Source: Candidatus Obscuribacteraceae bacterium (GTDB lineage Bacteria > Cyanobacteriota > Vampirovibrionia > Obscuribacterales > Obscuribacteraceae). Taken from it: 64,000 bases of DNA. Below, one piece after another: positions 61,122-64,000 of the stretch; positions within the stretch are counted from its first letter, which is position 1, and every line of letters begins with the position of its first letter. The translations under genes and the position numbers were made by a program. Below the pieces are notes generated by a model. The model made no database searches, had not been told where the DNA came from, and saw only the letters and a program-made list of their open reading frames with translations. The stretch is from positions 454,518-518,517 of the forward strand of contig JBGASG010000003.1 of assembly GCA_044229845.1 (NCBI GenBank). Reading direction: 5' to 3'.

Positions 61122-63173
61122 ATGCTGCTGAAACCGGGAAAAAAACACACGCGCACGGCAGTACTTGCGTTGTCAGCACTTACTGCGTTCAACACTGCGA
61201 CGTTTGTCTTACCATCTGAAATATGTCTCATGCCGGCTGCCGCTCAAGACGAAGGCAGCACCGCCGGCGCAACCAAAGGTCCGATCTCGGCTCCGCCTCT
61301 GTTCGGCGCGCCCGAGCAGGCATTGACGGACTCTTCACAGCCAGATGGACGTCATCTGACTGTCGACGACGTGACAATCGAAGGGAACCGCCTGGTCTCC
61401 ACGGAAGACATCCTCAACGTCATCAAAACGCGACGCGGCGACAAGTTCGACCGTGATCAGGTGATGTATGACCTGAAAGCAGTCAACAATCTCGGTTATT
61501 TCGACGACCAGAAGCTGCAAGTAGTCCCCGAGATGTCGTCCAACAGCGGCGTACTGCTTAAAATTCGTGTTGTGGAAAATGCCCCCGTCACGCAGTTTGC
61601 GTTTGACGGCAACACCGTCCTCTCCAGTGAGGAATTAAATAAGCTTTTCGCAAGTCAGCTGGGCAAGCCGCAGAACCTTACTCAATTGTCAGCGGCCATC
61701 GACAAAGTCGAGCAGCAATATCACGAGCGCGGCTACACACTGGCGCGCGTCACCGATGTCAAGGATGATCCTGACGGCAGCGTCAGCATCAAAGTCGATG
61801 AAGGTGTGATTGGCGACATCAAAATTGTCGGAAATCGCAAAACCAAAGACTTCATCATTCGCAACGCGCTCAAACTAAAACCGGGCGCCGTATACAACGA
61901 GAAACAGCTGACCAACGATCTGCGCAAGCTTTTCCAGAACGGATATTTCCAGGATATACGCCGCAGTTTGACACCATCGACGGATGCGTCGGACAAGTAC
62001 ACATTGAAGGTCGAGGTCGACGAAAAGCGCAGCGGCTCTATTGGTCTGGGCGGCGGCGTCGATACAGTTGCCGGTCCTTTCGGACAGTTTAGTTTTTCCG
62101 ACGGCAACTTCCGCGGTCGCGGGCAGGTTGTTCAGTTCAGCGCCAACGTCGGATCCGGTCTGTCCAACCAGCTCTCCAACAGTTTGAACAATGGCGGTTC
62201 GGGTTTCTTGCCCAATGCTCGCAACTATCAAGTAGAAGCATCGTGGATCGAACCTAGCTTACGCGGCACCAACGCATCGCTGGCTGCCACCATCTCCGCG
62301 CGCAACTTCGGCAGCATGCTGATTGACGAAGCGCAGCAACGCACCATCGGCGGGCAGGTCAGCCTCAGCAAGCCTCTCGGCAAGCACTTCACCGCCAGTT
62401 TAGGAATCGGCGGCGACAACACCACTTTGACCAATTATCTGAGCGGCTCCAGCATGGATTCTCTCATCAACCGGGCGGTGGAGCTGGGCAAGGGCGCCGG
62501 CGCGCAGAATTATGTCAATCAGGTTCGCGATCAACAATTGAAGGGCGGCACCTATCTGACCGTCAGCCCCTCGGTGTATTACGACACACGCGACAACAAC
62601 ATGGACCCGACCAAAGGCACGTTCGCCAAACTGACGGCCGGTCCATCGCTGGGTTTGACGGGCAACAGTTTCATGAAAGCGGGCGCCAGCGTCAGCAAAT
62701 ATGTGCCAATCACCAAAGAAGTGACGATGGCTATGAACATGCAAGGCGGGGCAGGACTAGGCGGCGTGCCGGCATTTGCTCAATATCGTCTGGGCGGCTG
62801 GAACGGCATTCGCGGCTACCGCACATTCTCGGACCTCGGCTCCGGCACCGGCATGTTGATGGGCAGCCTCGAGTTACGGCGGCGCTTGCCGTTGCCGAAA
62901 GGTGACCCAGGCACCAAGCAGAATGCCGTTATCCGGGCAATCGACAACAATGTGAAAGCAGTGACATTCTTCGACGCCGGGGCAATATCCGGCAACTCCG
63001 CGGTCAACAACCTGTACCAGCGCAGCGCTCTGGGCGCCTCAGTAGGCGTCGGACTGCGCGTGAAAGTGCCGATGCTGGGTTTGGTCCGCTTTGATTACGG
63101 ATTCCCCATTGTCAGCACAGCGATGGGACGGCTCATCCCGCGCTTCACCATCGGATTTGGAGACAAGTTTTAG
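61122..63173 (+). CDS. bamA: Omp85/BamA outer membrane assembly factor (3 POTRA)
   Basis: Three POTRA (GN..., GYF), IRGY, C-terminal F; followed by skp-lpxD. Confidence 0.93.
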   Translation: MLLKPGKKHTRTAVLALSALTAFNTATFVLPSEICLMPAAAQDEGSTAGATKGPISAPPLFGAPEQALTDSSQPDGRHLTVDDVTIEGNRLVSTEDILNVIKTRRGDKFDRDQVMYDLKAVNNLGYFDDQKLQVVPEMSSNSGVLLKIRVVENAPVTQFAFDGNTVLSSEELNKLFASQLGKPQNLTQLSAAIDKVEQQYHERGYTLARVTDVKDDPDGSVSIKVDEGVIGDIKIVGNRKTKDFIIRNALKLKPGAVYNEKQLTNDLRKLFQNGYFQDIRRSLTPSTDASDKYTLKVEVDEKRSGSIGLGGGVDTVAGPFGQFSFSDGNFRGRGQVVQFSANVGSGLSNQLSNSLNNGGSGFLPNARNYQVEASWIEPSLRGTNASLAATISARNFGSMLIDEAQQRTIGGQVSLSKPLGKHFTASLGIGGDNTTLTNYLSGSSMDSLINRAVELGKGAGAQNYVNQVRDQQLKGGTYLTVSPSVYYDTRDNNMDPTKGTFAKLTAGPSLGLTGNSFMKAGASVSKYVPITKEVTMAMNMQGGAGLGGVPAFAQYRLGGWNGIRGYRTFSDLGSGTGMLMGSLELRRRLPLPKGDPGTKQNAVIRAIDNNVKAVTFFDAGAISGNSAVNNLYQRSALGASVGVGLRVKVPMLGLVRFDYGFPIVSTAMGRLIPRFTIGFGDKF

Positions 63174-63272
63174 AAACGTGCGGCTGCCGATCCATATAAG
63201 GCAAGCGGACAGGTGTTGTAAACTGACGCGGTTGGCTTGAAAAACCACGTTACTCTGTATTTGGAGGCGAGA

Positions 63273-63785
63273 ATGCAACGTTCTCAAAAGTTGACGGCGC
63301 TCGTAGCAGGCGCATTCGTCTGTGGGGCGCTCACCGTAGCACCCGCTCTTGCTCAAGTTAAAAGCGTCGGAATTATCGATCGCGACCGTGTCGTTGGTGG
63401 CTATGCGAAAGCCCAACAAGCGGCTGACGAACTGAAAAAAGCCGAAGAAAAAGTGCAACAGCTTGTGGAAAACGCCAACAAGCAATACGAAGATGCGAAG
63501 AAAGCAAACAAGCCGCCGGCCGAGCTGGAAGGCTTGCAAAAGCGTCTGCAAACTACTATCGACAACGAAGTGAAGACGCTGCAAACCCGCATGCAAACTC
63601 TTGAGAAACAACTCGAAGGCGAAATCGACACAGCGATCAAAGCTGAAGCGACTGCGCGCAACGTCGATGTCGTTCTCATGAAACAAGCTGTGCTCCTGGG
63701 CGGAACCGATATCACCGATGGTGTCGTGAAGCGCTTGGGCGGGCAAACGGCTGCTGCTCAACCGAAACCGAACACCACCAAGTGA
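63273..63785 (+). CDS. skp: OmpH/Skp periplasmic chaperone
   Basis: VGIID, coiled coil, DITDGVVKRL. Confidence 0.9.
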   Translation: MQRSQKLTALVAGAFVCGALTVAPALAQVKSVGIIDRDRVVGGYAKAQQAADELKKAEEKVQQLVENANKQYEDAKKANKPPAELEGLQKRLQTTIDNEVKTLQTRMQTLEKQLEGEIDTAIKAEATARNVDVVLMKQAVLLGGTDITDGVVKRLGGQTAAAQPKPNTTK

Positions 63786-63842
63786 TGGTGGCAACGGTGC
63801 TCGCTCATGCACTGCCGGCCGCTCTGACGGTTTAGAGAATGT

Positions 63843-63874
63843 ATTGGGCGAGGCTTGCCTCGTCCAATTTTTTT
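63843..63874 (+). terminator. terminator-like hairpin between skp and lpxD
   Basis: ATTGGGCGAGGC-TT-GCCTCGTCCAAT followed by T-run. Confidence 0.7.
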
Positions 63875-63887
63875 GAGGAATAGTTCG

Positions 63888-64000
63888 ATGAAACTGCCAA
63901 TGGAATTGAGTCTGCAACAGATCGCCTCCGTAGCCGGAGGTCGACTTGAAGGCGACGACGTGAAAGTGAAAAGTATCGCGTTGAACCCGCTCAATGCCCA
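63888..64000 (+). CDS. lpxD: LpxD N-terminus (partial)
   Basis: MKLPMELSLQQIASVAGGRLEGDDVKVKSIA; conserved bamA-skp-lpxD order. Confidence 0.65.
   Translation, partial: MKLPMELSLQQIASVAGGRLEGDDVKVKSIALNPLNA

Overview
This is a 64 kb, moderately GC-rich chromosomal backbone. The gene set is cyanobacteria-like (TIGR03960/TIGR03936 radical SAM next to rne, DUF445, 3-POTRA Omp85, zinc-ribbon Ser/Thr kinase, many TPR proteins) but has no photosynthesis genes, which suggests a Melainabacterium (Vampirovibrionia/Obscuribacterales-like); this placement is an inference. Recognisable genes are priA (partial), rpsB-tsf-pyrH-frr-glmS, hemW, udg, murI, an AMIN amidase, hppA, ftsZ, uvrA, fur-feoA, rne, ymdB, a two-component pair, an APC permease, tmk, an aldehyde dehydrogenase and bamA-skp-lpxD (partial). 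No rRNA, tRNA, CRISPR array or transposase was seen. The most striking unexplained signal is a dispersed 24-bp imperfect palindrome, consensus CGCGAAAAAC-N4-GTTTTTCGCG, with invariant arm spacing. I found about 22 copies by eye: 19 intergenic, nearly all just downstream of stop codons, and 3 inside low-complexity parts of CDSs. Other oddities are an in-frame ~31-codon deletion in the UvrA C-terminal zinc finger, a POTRA-only paralog beside bamA, a giant frameshifted SpoIVB(S55)/beta-propeller fusion, and apparent homologues of thylakoid proteins (PsbP-fold pair, Slr1796-like).
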